A stretch of 64,000 nucleotides of DNA. Origin: Sphagnum compactum (Eukaryota). Made by a program: the position numbers and the translations under genes. How positions within the stretch are numbered: position 1 is the first letter of the stretch; each line of letters begins with the position of its first letter. The notes under the pieces were generated by a model that saw nothing but the letters and a program-made list of their open reading frames with translations, ran no database searches and had not been told where the DNA came from. Below, in pieces: positions 50,045 to 64,000 of the stretch. The stretch is taken from NCBI GenBank assembly GCA_965153455.1, contig OZ234493.1, positions 26,154,213 to 26,218,212 on the forward strand, in the 5' to 3' direction.

Positions 50045-50960
50045 TATAAATCAGCATGGATGTCAATATGCAAAATACGGGGTGTTTTTTTTTTTCACTT
50101 CCAATCAACAGATAGTAGAAGGGGGTCTATCTCCTCCTCTCTACTTGGGATCTCTAATAGCAAAATTGGAATGTCATAAATGGTCCTTAGTTTAAGTTAT
50201 GGATATAGTGTGATTCATATTAATTAGTTTGTGGGGACAACCTTCACATTTTTTTTCTTTTTGTGATGGACCTTTCTGATTGGTTTATCACCCATTCTGA
50301 TGAAACCTTGCAAAACTTTACTAATAAACACACCATAGATTTGGAAAATGTACAAAGGAATAAGAAAAAGGAACCCTAAACCCATACCAACACACTACAT
50401 TCCTAATATAGAAAATTGTCCACATAGCTCACTAATTGACACTAATCTAAGTGAAAAAATTGAAACTGTTTGTAAATCTCCATTCTGAAGACAAGTTTTA
50501 TTTACACGAAGCATGCAACTCTGTTGTCTCTCCATAGGACAAAGAACTAGTTGGTCCCTTCTGGGACCTGGAGTGGAGGTAGGCCTAACGCCGTCTTTTA
50601 TTGACCCATCTTGCACAAGACCTTCAAATCGAGAAGGCAGCAAGTCACCTACACTTTTATCTAACTAACCCAAGTCCTTAAAATAGAGAACAGAAAGTCT
50701 AAATGTGTATTCTTCCATAAGAAAATCTGTTCCCTCCTGTACCAATCCTGCTTCAAGAGCTGTGAAGGAGGAATGCTGATAGTATTTGCCATCCAGTGGC
50801 CCTCCATTGTAGGCCCTGTCCGACTCTGCAGCTATCAAGTGCGTCTGCAGAGCACAAAGTCATGTCAGAAGGCTTTCCCAAAACAAATCAGGGGACTAAA
50901 CCCAAAGCAAACATATGAAAGCAAAACAGACCAGCTGAGGATGACAGAAATACACTGACA

Positions 50961-51095
50961 AGCATTTCCGATCTCATCATGCAATAAGCATCTTCTAGGG
51001 TTTAGGACCCTGTACATGGCTAAGCCAAAGCATTCCCGATCTATTCATGCAATAAGCATCTTCTAGGGTTTAGGATCCTGTACATGGCTAAGCCA
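50961..51095. repeat. Tandem duplication of ~68 bp
   Basis: AGCATT.CCGATCT...CTGTACATGGCTAAGCCA occurs twice. Confidence 0.92.
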
Positions 51096-52027
51096 TTCCT
51101 AGGAGCACTAACCTAAACGTTGTCAGCTTGGGTCACTAGAGAGAGTCGACACAGACAGAGCGGATGATGATATTACAGTCTTCCTCTGCAATATTACCTA
51201 GTTCATTACCTATTAAGAAGAGGTGAGGACTTCGAAAATTTCACATAGCCTGTTGTTTCCAGCAACTACAAACACACTGAATGATTGCTAGTCACAGCAT
51301 CAGACTTGGAAAAAAGAACAGTACTAATTTGGAACAGTTGGACTATTTACAGGATCTTAACAGACTGTTGTTCTCTACCGTTGTAGACCAAGCTGCCCAG
51401 AAAACTGAATACTACTTAGCCTACTACATGGGGGGGGGGGGGGGGTGAACAAGCCAGCAGCAGCTGCAAAATCACTGGCACACATAAGTCTTCTTCAGCA
51501 CCTGGACACTTTCTGCAACTGATGTTCACAGACATGTCTCTGATGGATTCAATGATACAAATGAGATCGGAGGGGATTTTCACAAGAGCCCTATGGTCTT
51601 GGACTTCTTGTGCAACTCTAGCTCACCTTTTTTTTTTACAAAATAAATATTGCTGCTAGTGAGAACCGGCATGTAGGTTGCAATAGCCTGTCATTGTGCC
51701 CTTTATTAGTACCCAACATATTTATTAAAAAACAATTCCCCAATAACAGGGCAACACTAGCCTCAATGCCTTGATTGTTTCTATAAAAAGATTGTGGACT
51801 CTGAGAAACTTTTTCAAATTCCCATCCAGCAATTAAGTAGTTTCAATGATATTCAATCAGCCAACAAGGGCACAGTGACTTGAGAGCCTTTGGGTGAACC
51901 CAAGCTAGTCCATTTAAATTATTTCTAAACATTACAAACATCCCATGGTTAGACTAAATCAGGGTGTCTGAGTTCAAATTTAACATTTTTTGGGCTTAAT
52001 ATGGCCACTAAGAGGCCTCACTCAAAT

Positions 52028-52258
52028 GATGCCACGTGGCGCTCTGAAAATTTAGATTGCATTTTGAGCCCTCAGACCTACCTCCACTAAAGAAAGATGG
52101 TGAAACTCAGAAAACCATCAAATGGTTTTTTGAGTTTCAACCCACCCCCCCTAATGCTAATGTACTTTTTGGCAGGTTTTTGTTGAATCTCACCCTGTGT
52201 ATGACCAAGCTCCGGGTGCTAGTGTTGTGTTTTCCTGACTTTACGGATATCTCTATTG
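52028..52258. repeat. Dispersed repeat; 5' part also at ~59337-59400, 3' part also at ~23185-23285
   Basis: Shared GATGCCAC.TGGCGCTCT.AAAATTTAGATTGCATTTTGAGCCCTCAG and AATCTCACCCTGTGTATGACCAA.CTCCGGGT. Confidence 0.8.
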
Positions 52259-54354
52259 TGCTGCGTAAATACCAGAACCTGGGGATGGGACGGAATTGAG
52301 GCACCTTATCACCATTGACAAGAGAGAACCAGTACCCACCAGTGTTGCATGAAGGGTGGATTCTAATTGGTCGGTAAATAGTTTTCTGTTGGGTTCCAGT
52401 TCCATAGCTAACATGGGTGTGAGCTCAGTTGCTTTTTTTACTACCCACCTACTAGGTGCCTGATTGTTGGGTTGTTAGTTGTTAGTAGGTAGGTAGTAAA
52501 AACAGCCCTTAACTAATGTATAAAGTATAAACTACGAACCATCTACTTTGCTAATAGTCACTTAGTTTCTTAGGTATCTACAAGTTTACAGATAGGACCT
52601 GTATGTGACACAATGGATTAACGTCTGGTTCACCTTGGTAATGTGTTTGAGGTTTATCTGGGACTCATCTGCAACTCAGGATCTGGTGGGTGCGGGTTCA
52701 CTCTGGCCATAGCCATGGGCATTTTGTACTCTTACTCTTTAGTTCCCTAAAATACCCCCAAGAAGTGACTAGTTGTTTGGCCTAATTACTAATTAGTTAG
52801 TGGAAACTGGCAAGCGTTTCAACTCCAGCACCAATTTTTCTGCGATGGGCCAACCTCCGTCATCCCACAAATTGACGGCCCAATGAAAAAATCACAATCC
52901 GTAGACTCATTAATTATGGGGTTCCTATTAAATTTGGGAGGTTTTCCAAGGATCTAGAAGAGTAGACCCCATGCCCATTTACATACACTTTACAAAAAGT
53001 TGCTAAATAAAACAAAGTGTGCAAGTAATGTGACACAACCCTCTTTGTTATTACTAGGAATAAAATCTCTGATTAAGAGAATGACTTGTAAAAACTCCAA
53101 ATCCTTGTTGAAAACCACCTTTCAATTCGCATCTCATTTGCATGCAACATGTAAGTACTAACTCACCGAGGCAACTTGTCAAAACAATTCGAGGCACCAA
53201 TTTGAACAATCTTATTGGTCACAATTTTTTTGTTTCCTCCTATGAACAAGGCTGTGAACTTATTACAACATTTAATATTCTGTTTACTGAAGTTAACTCC
53301 TCAAAACAATTCAAGGGCCCTCATTCTGACAATCTGGGCAGCCAGATAAGTTTTTTTTTCTATGCTAGGCACAAGCCTATTCCACAACCTTTTATATTTT
53401 ATGAATTTTTTATACTAATCTTATAACCCTTGTTTATATGCAGACAAGGTAAAAAACTAACCATTTTGTGGAAGGAAAATGTTTCACGCCTATGGGCTTT
53501 CCTCATAATAAAGCATGAGGCAAAGGTTATCATGAACCTGAACGTATGTAGATCATGAGGGGTAGGTAGGAGGGGAAAGGTTCTTACACCTATTTACTAT
53601 GAGTGGGACGGGTCCTACACCTACATATAAGTCTAGGACCCATCCCACTCTTATGGTGTAATATCCCTGCACTTGCCTAGGAGGGCTATTCAGGTATATA
53701 AGGTGTCATCCACATAGCCTCTGAAATTCCTCCCAACGTTCAGCTGTTCAATTTCATGACAAGTAGCATCAAGTTCATGCATTATTGTAGTGTAGGATAC
53801 CAACCCTATCTATATTGGATAGCATTTGTGGAAGAGTGCTTGCCTGGCCTGACGCATTGGAATCATTTTCCTGAGCTTTTTTTTTTTCTTTTTCATACTT
53901 TGTTTTTCAGAAGAATGCTTCATTTGCACGCTAGACCATGATGTAAGGATAATTTCTTCAACAAAAGTGGGTGTGGCCAAACTACATTAGCAATTACACA
54001 GCCAATTTTCTAAAAAAAAGTGGTGGTGGGCGGATGGTGGGGTAGGAAGACTGTCTCCACTCCATAGGGTGGATTTTCTTAGGTTTGCATAATGTAAAAA
54101 ACCAAAAAGCATTGTATTGTTGAATTGTTGAATTTCTTTTAATATTATATGGGTTGGGGGAATCACTATTTTTTCAACCTTTTATCATCAGGATATCCCA
54201 GCCTGCAAATGGTAGTAGGCCGACTTCACTTTTGCAAACAATGACCTAGGAAAAACGGAAGGCATGTTAGACCCTTTCTCTGACTCTCATTTGGGGACCT
54301 GAGGAGAGAAGAGCACTTACCCACCTCCAACTTTATGTACAACAGGCCCACAAC

Positions 54355-55225
54355 TGGGCCATCCACTTTGTGAACCGGGGATTCGGCCACATTCCACTCC
54401 TTCCAATTCCTATGTCCGACTATACAAGCACAACTTGTGCCGGCCCATGTGGGCTTCATAAACTCTATTGGGTGCATGATGACTAAGACTAATCAAATGT
54501 CAAACCAACCATACAATTTCTAACTGCACCATTTATGCATGAAATCTATCGAGCCATCAACTTTGTGAACCAAGGAATAGGTCACACTCCACTTCTATGC
54601 ATGTTCATTCCTAGGCCACGCATGTTGATCAATCAAATGTCGAACCAACCATACAATTTCTAAGTACACCATCTATGCAGGCAATCCATTGAATCATCAA
54701 CTTTGTGGAACCAAGGAATAGGTCACACTCCATTCCTCCCCCAATTCCTATGTCCAATTATTCAAGCACACGTCAAGCCAGCCCATGTGAGCTTCATAAA
54801 ATCTATTGGTTGCATGATGATCAATCAAATGTGAAACCAACCACACAATTTATAAGTGCACCATGTATGCACGCAATCCATTGAACCATCAACTTTGTGA
54901 ACCAAGGAATAAGTTGCACTCCACTTCTATGCATGGTCATTCCTGGACCACACATGTTGAAACTAAAAATACGAAAAAATAAAAAATTCTATAGTCTATT
55001 CAGGGAAATTCCTTATATATTTTATTGATTTTTTTTAAAAAAATCTTCGAAGTAATCGAATATGAAATATGAAGCTTACAAGTCACACTCCATTTCTCCC
55101 CCAACTCCTATGTCCAATTATACAAGCACACGTCACTCTGGCCTATGTGGGCTTCGCAAAATCTATTGATTGCATGATGATCAATCAAATGTGGAATCAA
55201 CCATACAATTTCCATGTGCAGCATA
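54355..55225. repeat. Complex diverged tandem array with alternating ~140- and ~190-bp units
   Basis: CATC.ACTTTGTG.AACC at ~54360, 54556, 54695, 54887; AATCAAATGT..AACCAACCA.ACAATTT recurs; a fifth partial unit starts at ~55082. Confidence 0.85.
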
Positions 55226-56559
55226 TGCATGGAATTTTTTGTTGCAATTCATATACATACATATTGTGTATTTTTGAGACTTTTGGGCTATGTGGACAAC
55301 TACTTGGTTGTTGCAAATTAGGTTGAAAGTTCTTTAAAAAATGGTTAATACTAGATCTCAAACTTTGAAAACATGACCATGTCACATTTCATGCATTGAT
55401 ATAGTTTAAAATTTTAACATCAAAATGTTTCACACATTTTCATGGTTGGTTTTCACACATTTTCATTTTTCTAGTATACAACATGCTTAAACCCAACCCA
55501 AGAATCCATTGATCCAATTGACTTTTCTAACTACATTTAAAGCCTCTAAGAAAATAGATGTGACTTAACATATTCTATTTTTGTCCTAGGAAATTATGAA
55601 AACCCCATGAATTAACATATCTTATTTTTGTCTCATATGAAAGAAGTGAATGTTTTAATACTAGTGAAATTTAATATTGACCTCTCACAAAACCAATTTT
55701 TGTGATAGACTTTTTTTCATGTGACCCCACAAAAATACATCTAGTCAAATGTAATATCAAAAGCATGAACCATGCATGTTGCTAGTCATCTAGTAAATAC
55801 TTTAGCAAAAGAAAACAACATGACTATCATATATCCAAACATGTTTTTTTTTGCATCAAATGAAATTTGAAAATAAATAAATAAAATTCTAATGTTCAAC
55901 CCATGAAAAAACACATTTCTCCCTTCCCTCCACATCCATATAGAGTTCTTCTTTGTATCATGAAGCATCAAACTACAAAATCCATAAGCTTTTAAATATT
56001 TGTCCCCTACATTATAATGTTCACCTTCCCTAAAAGCCCTCTCTATCTTTCTTTCTCCCTTTCCATATAACACCGTAGTGAATTTCTTAACACTCTTTTG
56101 ATCCCTACACAACCTACCCAAATTGTCCATGTCGATGGACAAAGCAAGAGCAATGATTTTATGAGAAATTGCACCATCAACACTTGTAAAAACCCTAGAG
56201 TAATCCTCATTAGCAATTTTTTTTCCATGTCACATAAAATTTGTGCCAACTTTAACCTCTTCCATATTTATAAAAACTTTCAAAATGTACTACCCAAAAA
56301 TGGATATTATAATTCAATAATAATACTAGTAGTATTAATAATAATAAGTGAATCATCATTTCATTCTCACTATATTACTATTATAGCATGTCTTGTGAAC
56401 CAACCCACACAATGAACCAAGTGGAAGCTTCAACTTGTGGAAACTAAACCCAAGGCTTGCGACAATGAAAATAATCATTTAAAAAGAATAACATGGAGTT
56501 GTTGGAGGTCATTTTGCAACTAATATCATAAATCGCAAGATAACTCAATGCCAACTATT

Positions 56560-57400
56560 GGTGGGCAACTTGTTTCAAATATGTAATTGAATGTTGTAGG
56601 ATGTGATGCATGTTAATGAATAGGAAGTTCGATTACACTTAATTTAGCAAAATTGGTGACCACATTATTTGAAAAACCATTTATGAAATGGGGATTGAAT
56701 TTTATCGGACCAATTAAATTTATTGGCATGTACACAAGAAATAGGTACATTTTGGTGGCAACCAATTATGCAATGCAATTGGTCAAAATAAAGGTGTTCT
56801 ATAATAATATTGCAATTGTCACTCTTAGACTTTTATAGGAATAATATATTATCATGTTCCAACTATCTAATGACACATCTGATTGATCAGGGAATAAATT
56901 TCATCAAGGACACAATTTGATATTTCATCAAACATTTTGTTTTTTTTGTCATACTAATTTAATGCCATTTATTGGTGGATGACTAATTCATGTTTTCATA
57001 TTGTACTACTTATAAGGAGGCCATAAGTTACACAAGTGATGTATGGATTATACCAATTAATGCTTGCAAAATATGTCTTTCCAATCAATAAGAAGGACAT
57101 GGTGGGATGGAAATCCAATTTGTGTGCTTACAAACTTACTTGTTTATTTGGAGCATTTATAAGGATACAAGTTACATGCACAAGATGATGTTGTTGCCAA
57201 TTAACGGAACAAATCACTTTGGTAATAACATCACCATGAAAATATTTTCAAATTTGGCTATTATACATTGTGGTTTCCGAAGGGTGTCAAAGACCATATG
57301 ATAAAAATTTAAATATATAGTTTGGTGTTTAATATACTCAATATTGCCTATTGAGTAATATTGTGTTATTGGTTGTTCTTGATAAGTTTCACCCAAATCC
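56560..57400 (+). mobile_element. Degenerate Ty3/Gypsy integrase (rve) remnant
   Basis: PFMKWGLNFIGPIK...RNRYILVATNYA matches the KWGLDF.GP...YILVATDY integrase core; many stops and frameshifts. Confidence 0.8.
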
Positions 57401-60400
57401 TATACTTGATAATGTTTACAAGTTAAAACCACACAAATTATTGAACATGTTTCTTAACCTACTACAAAGTAGTTGGTTGTTTTAGAGATGAATATTCCAT
57501 AATTTGCACTAGTGATTACACAACCTACATAAGTCATATCACTATTGCAAAACAATTTTTTCAACTAGTGTATTAGGGAAACCCCCAATAATATTTTTTG
57601 CATTATATTTTATGAACAAATTTAGAATGAAACATAGGATGAATTTGAAACCATTGTTAACTTGCTTTCATTTCCAAACATGACAATGTTATTCATTACA
57701 ACATATTAACACTCACAATTGTTATTAATTTATTAATTACACATGTCATGTGTGTGTAATTAAAATTACTATACATAATAAGTTTAGACCAATGTTGGGC
57801 ATGTATATTGATCAGTATTGGGTATCTTTACTAGTATCAATCTAAGTATCAAATAACAAACATGGCTAATATGCCTATATAAGAAAAACAACATTTATAT
57901 CCATATATTGATCAATAGACAAATGTTAATACTATGATTAATAATAGACTTCCCTTGTTGTAAATTTTGGAAACATTATTCATAACAATATTTCACTTTC
58001 ATCAATTAATCACATTACTAGTATCAAATGATCCTAAATAAAATATGATTTTATTATAACTTATTAATAATGACATTGCTACTTGCCAACTTTGCTTCAA
58101 TGAATGCAACTTTGTTGGAATGGCAATTTGTTTGAAGATCTTCATGAGTAGGTTGCAATTCATACATGTCAAGTTTGTGCAATTCCATAATAACATAATT
58201 GATCATTTCATTGTTGACTAATTCTTATCAATGGAACTTCACTACTTGACCTTGGTTGTCCCTAGGTCCTTTGATAATTTTCAAAGGTTGTCAAAGTTGT
58301 GGACACATGGAATTTCTTTCTTTGTAAGTTTATTGTAATGCAGGGTGAATATAATCATTACTACTACCACCAATATTGAGACCATGTTGGTATGAAAGTA
58401 TCAAAATTAACATTGCTACTCATATCTAACTAGTTTCTTTTGTGCATTATTGATATTAGACTGGTACCAAAATTTCAAACTTAAATAATATACTTAGATT
58501 TGGCCAATATCAATTTATTGAAAAATCTTGAGACCTAGACTTGGCTAGTATAAATAAAATGTAACACATGCACAAAACTAGTTTAGACCCAGCCCATAGT
58601 TCCATAATGACATTGATTTCATTAGGCAAGGTCATTAGTGTTAATCATGTCATGTCACACCAGGCACATTAGTTTTGATGTGACGTAAAGTAGCATCACA
58701 TTGGTTTATAATCAACTTAAGGTCAACTTAGGTAAACAAAAATTGTTTTGTAAGGGTATAATTAATTACACCAATGGTGATTGAAATTTAGTCTCCATCA
58801 AGTTTAATGAACTATGTGTGGACTTTGATCTTGGTCCACATGGCAAACAAAATGTAGTCCCAAAAATGATGTAACTCATCTACATGTGATAAGTGAATTT
58901 TATTTTACCAATTGATTTTTGACCAAAATTCAATCACCATGTATGGATGACCTTGTTTTTTTAATGTATGTATATTTTTCATGAAGTTTCAACTTCAATT
59001 GCCACAAGGATTGAGACCAAGGCGGACTTGGGTCCCAATCCCTAAGCAATTGAAATATAGTTTCAATGAAATAACCAACCATATATATGTGGCAATTGAT
59101 TTTGATTGTTATGTTGATGATTTGGACTTTTTTCTTTTCAAACAAGGTGGACTAGATCCCAATCCCCTATGGTGATCCAAATTCAATCTTAAAAACAAAT
59201 TGATAATAAATAGTAATAAAAACTACATGTATAATGAAATAATAATGATATTCTTAAAGTTATGGGAACATTTGGTCAATGTTTTCTTTGACCATAGACA
59301 AAAATATGTGTTAGAGATGACAACCAACAATTAATTGATGCCACATGGCGCTCTAAAAATTTAGATTGCATTTTGAGCCCTCAGGCCTACCTCCACTAAC
59401 AAGAAATAATAAAATAAATTTGGGAAAAAGTTTGATAAAATTAACAAGCCAGAATTGAACCTCTAGTTTTCTGTAAATGTGACACACACATGTTCGTGAA
59501 AAGAATAGGCTAATAGAACTTCTTTGGACCTTCGCAACCACTTTGCAAACTAAACTGAAACAACAAAAGTTTGTTTCTCATGTTCATGTTCATGTGATTT
59601 ACTCATGCAAGTGAAAAGAATAAGACTCTTTTTGAACCTTCACAATGACCTTGTAAACTAAACCAAAACAAAAAGTTGTCTCTAGTGTTCTCTCTATGTG
59701 GCTCATCCATGTAAGTGAAACGAATAGAACTAGTTTTGGACCCTCACAATCACCTTGCAAACTAAGCCAAAACAAAAGTGTGCAATGACACAAAAACTCA
59801 CACATGACTCAAAATAGAAAACAACACTCAAAAACCCCCTCCTACTCAAAATAACAAAACTCATGTACCCGACCACAACCCTCCCCCCCTCCCCCCCCTT
59901 TCTTAAATTTGTTGGCCATCATTTTTGTCCCACACTAATGCCAGGGGCACTAATTGGGCCACATAGTGTCTTTTGTCATGCAGTTCATGTGGTATGTAAT
60001 GGTGTAACCAAAGTTGAACTTAAATTTCTTCTTCTTTCTTTGAGGTTTTAAAACATGTTTTGCTTGGGGGACTAAGGCTTTGAGTGAACTTCCATATTTC
60101 AAAATGACACCCACTTTCACAATTTTGATCTACTGCATTCAGGGTTTGAGGTAGTCCTTAGAAGATTGAATTGGTCAAGATAAATTGGAACAAAAAGAAA
60201 AAAAAAATTACTGCATTTTTTAAAAGAAAATTTGTGTTCCCATCATTTTCCCAATGTGTTCCCACGTGCTCTCAATGATGTTCCCCAATGGTGTTCCCAA
60301 TGGTCCCTCACTTTCTTTTTTCCCATACTATTTTCCCAAACTTCTCCCCTTCTCACAATTGGACAAAGGGTTGCAATATTCCTCCATACTCTTGGAAGAG

Positions 60401-61904
60401 GTTCATGTAGTACTTATTACCTTGATTTGTAAGTTTGTATCACTAGATTTGAGAACCAAGACATGTACATATAGACTTCATACATTATTCTATGAAACAT
60501 ATTCCCTTTTTCAATGTTTTGTTGATAAATTGACTAACAACTAGAGGCCATCTAGGTCTATTTCAATGTTGGGCAGCTATCAAAAACAATTCCATGCCCC
60601 GAGATTCATGTATGAGATGTTTTCCATCTTTGCCCCTAATTCCACATGTGATTAAACTTTCAAATTATGATACCCAATATTCACCATATGTGGAGTAAAT
60701 GGGGGATACATCATACCATAATCAATATGTTATCAACATCAGATATTCGATATTTCACATGAACCTATTCCTCTTACCCACCATATAATTTATAATATTG
60801 CATTTAATGTTTAAAACAATAATACCTAGGATTATACAAACAATTTATACCATGAGGTGTTAACTACCGCCTTGGGTGAACTAGCACCTACATCGGTACC
60901 ACTGAAGGATGAACGACATAACCACCTCAAAGTGGATGAAAAGCTTGACTAGGTAGGTAGTGTAGGTGCCTAGTCTATGTGTTGTAACTTAGGTTGCTGA
61001 ACTAGTGTAGGTGGTCTACCTAAGGTATATTTAAAAATTTCTTTTTGTGTGTCTTTGTCACTACCATCACCTAGAGCATTGCAACCTTGACTAATCTACA
61101 AGTTTTAGCTCATCTTGTGTTCATGCTTTTGCTTATTGCTACCATCATAGATTGCAACTTATCTTGCACTCTTTCTCACCATCACCATCTCTTGCTCATC
61201 ATTCGTTTCACACATTCATGGTCATTTTGCTCTAACACCTCAAAAATGTTCCCACAAGTTGTTTTGACATTGTTTCAAGTTGTTGACTACTTTCATTGCC
61301 ATTGCTTTATGTTTAGGCCTAGCTCCTTGGCTACCATTGTTTAATGACTTCTAACTTGGCTACCTTGTCACCATCACCTACCAAGCTTCCATCTGGTTGC
61401 CTTTAAAGTTGTGTTGAAGGTAGGCACTGCAGCCATTTTAAATGTTTAGAGGCACTAAAGTTAAGCACTTGAAGCCTAATTTTTCAAAGATTTCAATGCA
61501 ATGGATTTTTCAATATAGGTTGTTGATTATGCACTTAAGTGAAAGAAAGTAATTTATAGAATTCATAATGGTTGCCTATTTGAATGATTATTTAGAAAGT
61601 ATTGGGACTGCTTACCAAAATGATTAAGTAACCTCTAATTGGTTACATAAGGTGATGGATTAGTATTACATGATTTTATAATAATATGTATTTTTAATAA
61701 CACATTATATTACTATGTCAAGGTGTGGATAATCATTGTACATGATTATGTCATTTTGAAATCATTTGAAATCATTCTAAAATGAAAAAAATAGCAAAAA
61801 AATTAAAATCACAATGTTTTATGAATTTTTTGACTATTTTATATTCACTAGATTCAATCATTGAATTGTTCCACATGTTTTCATAATATATTGATAATGT
61901 TTCC

Positions 61905-64000
61905 ACATGAAACATTGGAAGTCTTGCAAGTATACCTATTGAAACCTAATAATTGCAACTAGCTTTTCTTAAATGGAAAAAGTTCCATATCTCTCCAAAG
62001 TTCAATTCAATTAAATTTAAATTTGGTTTATGAGTTTCTTTTTAGCTTGAAAGTCCTTCAAAGCACTAAGGTTGTTGGAGGGGATGGTTTCTACTCAGTG
62101 TTGGGGGATTACTAAAAATTGCACCAAACCCCAATTGGGTATCATGGTGGTTCTTTGGATTTGTAACTATGGTTCTCAAAAAATCAACTACCCAATTTTG
62201 ATATATGATCACAATTTTTCAAACAAATCAAGTATCCAATTATGACATATAATCACAATTATCAAAAATCCAAGTACTCGATTTTGATATATAATCATGA
62301 TTCTCAATTCTAGTTTGATTGGACCATCACCAACTTTTTTGAAGCATTGGGCACTCACCTAAAATAAAAGCACATCTGTGCTTCCCTTTGGCTCACCTTT
62401 TATTTATCATCATCTTGGGGAACACATTGAGCTTGGGAAACCATTTGAGAAATTGATGGGAGGAACCAAAAAACAACAAAAAGTGTTTCCAAGGTAAATT
62501 CCATTCATTTTGCTAATAGTTTGAAAAAAAATTAGCAAATTTTCAATACAAAAATAAATAAAAAATCCCTCAAACGAAGGGGGATTACCTAAGATAGTGA
62601 TCACGGCATGAAAAATAGAATACAAATTCTTCATGCTTTAAGAATTGTGGTGATCCCCAAACTAAAACTTAACTCTTTCTCTTTTATGTTAGTGAAGGTA
62701 ATATTTTTTTATTGTTACAATTTTTCCACTTGTGTTTTTAAGAGTTTGTTTATTTTGGTGGAGTAGGTTATACGTGCTTGTGTATTCTTGATGTGTGCAT
62801 GATTGATCATTGATCAAAATATTGTATATTTAGCTTGGTTTATGGAATCATTAATTAATTTTGAAGATTTCACGTCAAAAAAAATTATTCCTGAATATTT
62901 TAAAATATTTTCTATTTTCCTTCAAAAAATAATTTTCTTTGAAAAAAGTACTTTATGAAGATTTCTGCATTTTTTACATATAACATAACCTTTAATGGGA
63001 ATGGTTGACCTTTAATAGTCATAATGTCCAAAATGGACCTTGATATAACTTATTAAATCATCATCATGGGTTTGCAACTTTTAAAACAGGAAGGTGACTC
63101 GTTATATCATCATTTAAATTATTTATTGGAAGGATTTTGATTTGATTGATATTTATTTTAGGCCAACGATTCTACATGATGGGAGTTTGGGTTGAATAAT
63201 TTGAAAATAAAATAAAATAAGTATTTCCATTGGTCAACAAAGCAGAATTACTTGCCAAGTATATAGTTCCAAAAGTTGGAACCAATGTTGTGTGTATAAG
63301 TGTAAATGGGTGTGTAAATGAGGTTTAAAACACTTGCACAACTTTGTATAAAATAAATTGGTCTTCTAAATGGAAAAGGGGGTAACCTTAGGATCTAGCT
63401 TTTTGTAGGATTTTTGAGATCATGTATAATGCATTGCCCACCATAGTCATTGCTATTGCAAGCTTAGGAGCTTGCTTTGCTTGTGAGTTTCACATTTTCT
63501 ATTTACACTCTTATTTACACTTACATAGCATAAAGCAACATAAATGTTGATGTAAATTAAAGTCTAAGTATAGAATAATTCAAAAAATTATAAATGAAAA
63601 ACAATGCAAAAAAAATGTAAGTGTAAAAAAAGTGTAAAATAATATAAGTTTAAGACTTGTAAATGTTTTACACTTACATTTATATGTCACTTCCTATACA
63701 TTTACACTTGCACTTACACTTTTCTAAACAAACTTTATACACTTACATGACATGTAAAAGATATTGCCAAATTGATTTACACTTACACATTGCGTAAATT
63801 TAAAATCATTTACACACACAACACTAGTTGGAACTCTCAAACTACACACATTCACACTATGTTATTGTACTTCTAATAGATCCATCACACATGTCAAAAT
63901 GATCTCCTCTCTCCAAATCCTTCCTCCTTTAGGTAATTAACCATTATGGAGATATTAAATGACAGTTGCTTGAGGCTTAGATCCTATTTTCTTTCTACTC
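61905..64000 (-). repeat. Right arm of the long inverted repeat; continues to the window edge
   Basis: Reverse complement of 44160-46264; paralogous short ORFs at 45533-45769(+) and 62410-62634(-). Confidence 0.95.
63283..63826. mobile_element. Copy of the hAT-type MITE inside the right arm
   Basis: Same TIRs and the same TSD (GTTGGAAC at 63275-63282 and 63827-63834). Confidence 0.85.

Noticed and set aside
55786-56249. - strand 118-aa and 68-aa ORFs
   Set aside because: Probably a decayed TE fragment; no motif I can assign.
58002-58196. Possible hAT dimerisation-domain remnant
   Set aside because: Only a vague resemblance; the CERxFS motif is absent.

Overview
AT-rich, intron-containing plant genomic DNA; gene and repeat content suggest a moss, probably Sphagnum (inference). 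From left to right, the genes are: (1) the first exon of a SEC14/CRAL-TRIO-like gene (-), head-to-head with (2) a complete 6-exon DUF4336 gene (+); (3) a group-III bHLH-ACT pseudogene (-); (4) a 5-exon CYP72-clan cytochrome P450 (-) with a GC-AG intron and an aberrant I-helix; (5) a hydrolase-NB-ARC-LRR immune receptor (-) with 27 near-identical 72-bp LRR units, whose ancestral tail was cut off by a CACTA-like insertion carrying a nested Helitron; (6) a 4-exon gene (+) whose C-terminus resembles the AAC4-like, putatively PD-(D/E)XK nuclease-fold family. Gene 6 lies inside a >=2.1-kb inverted repeat pair (44160-46264 / 61905-64000, the right arm running off the window). Intergenic DNA holds solo LTRs, Helitrons, hAT-type and other MITEs, Gypsy integrase remnants and tandem duplications. 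Family names are from motif recognition only; no database search was run.
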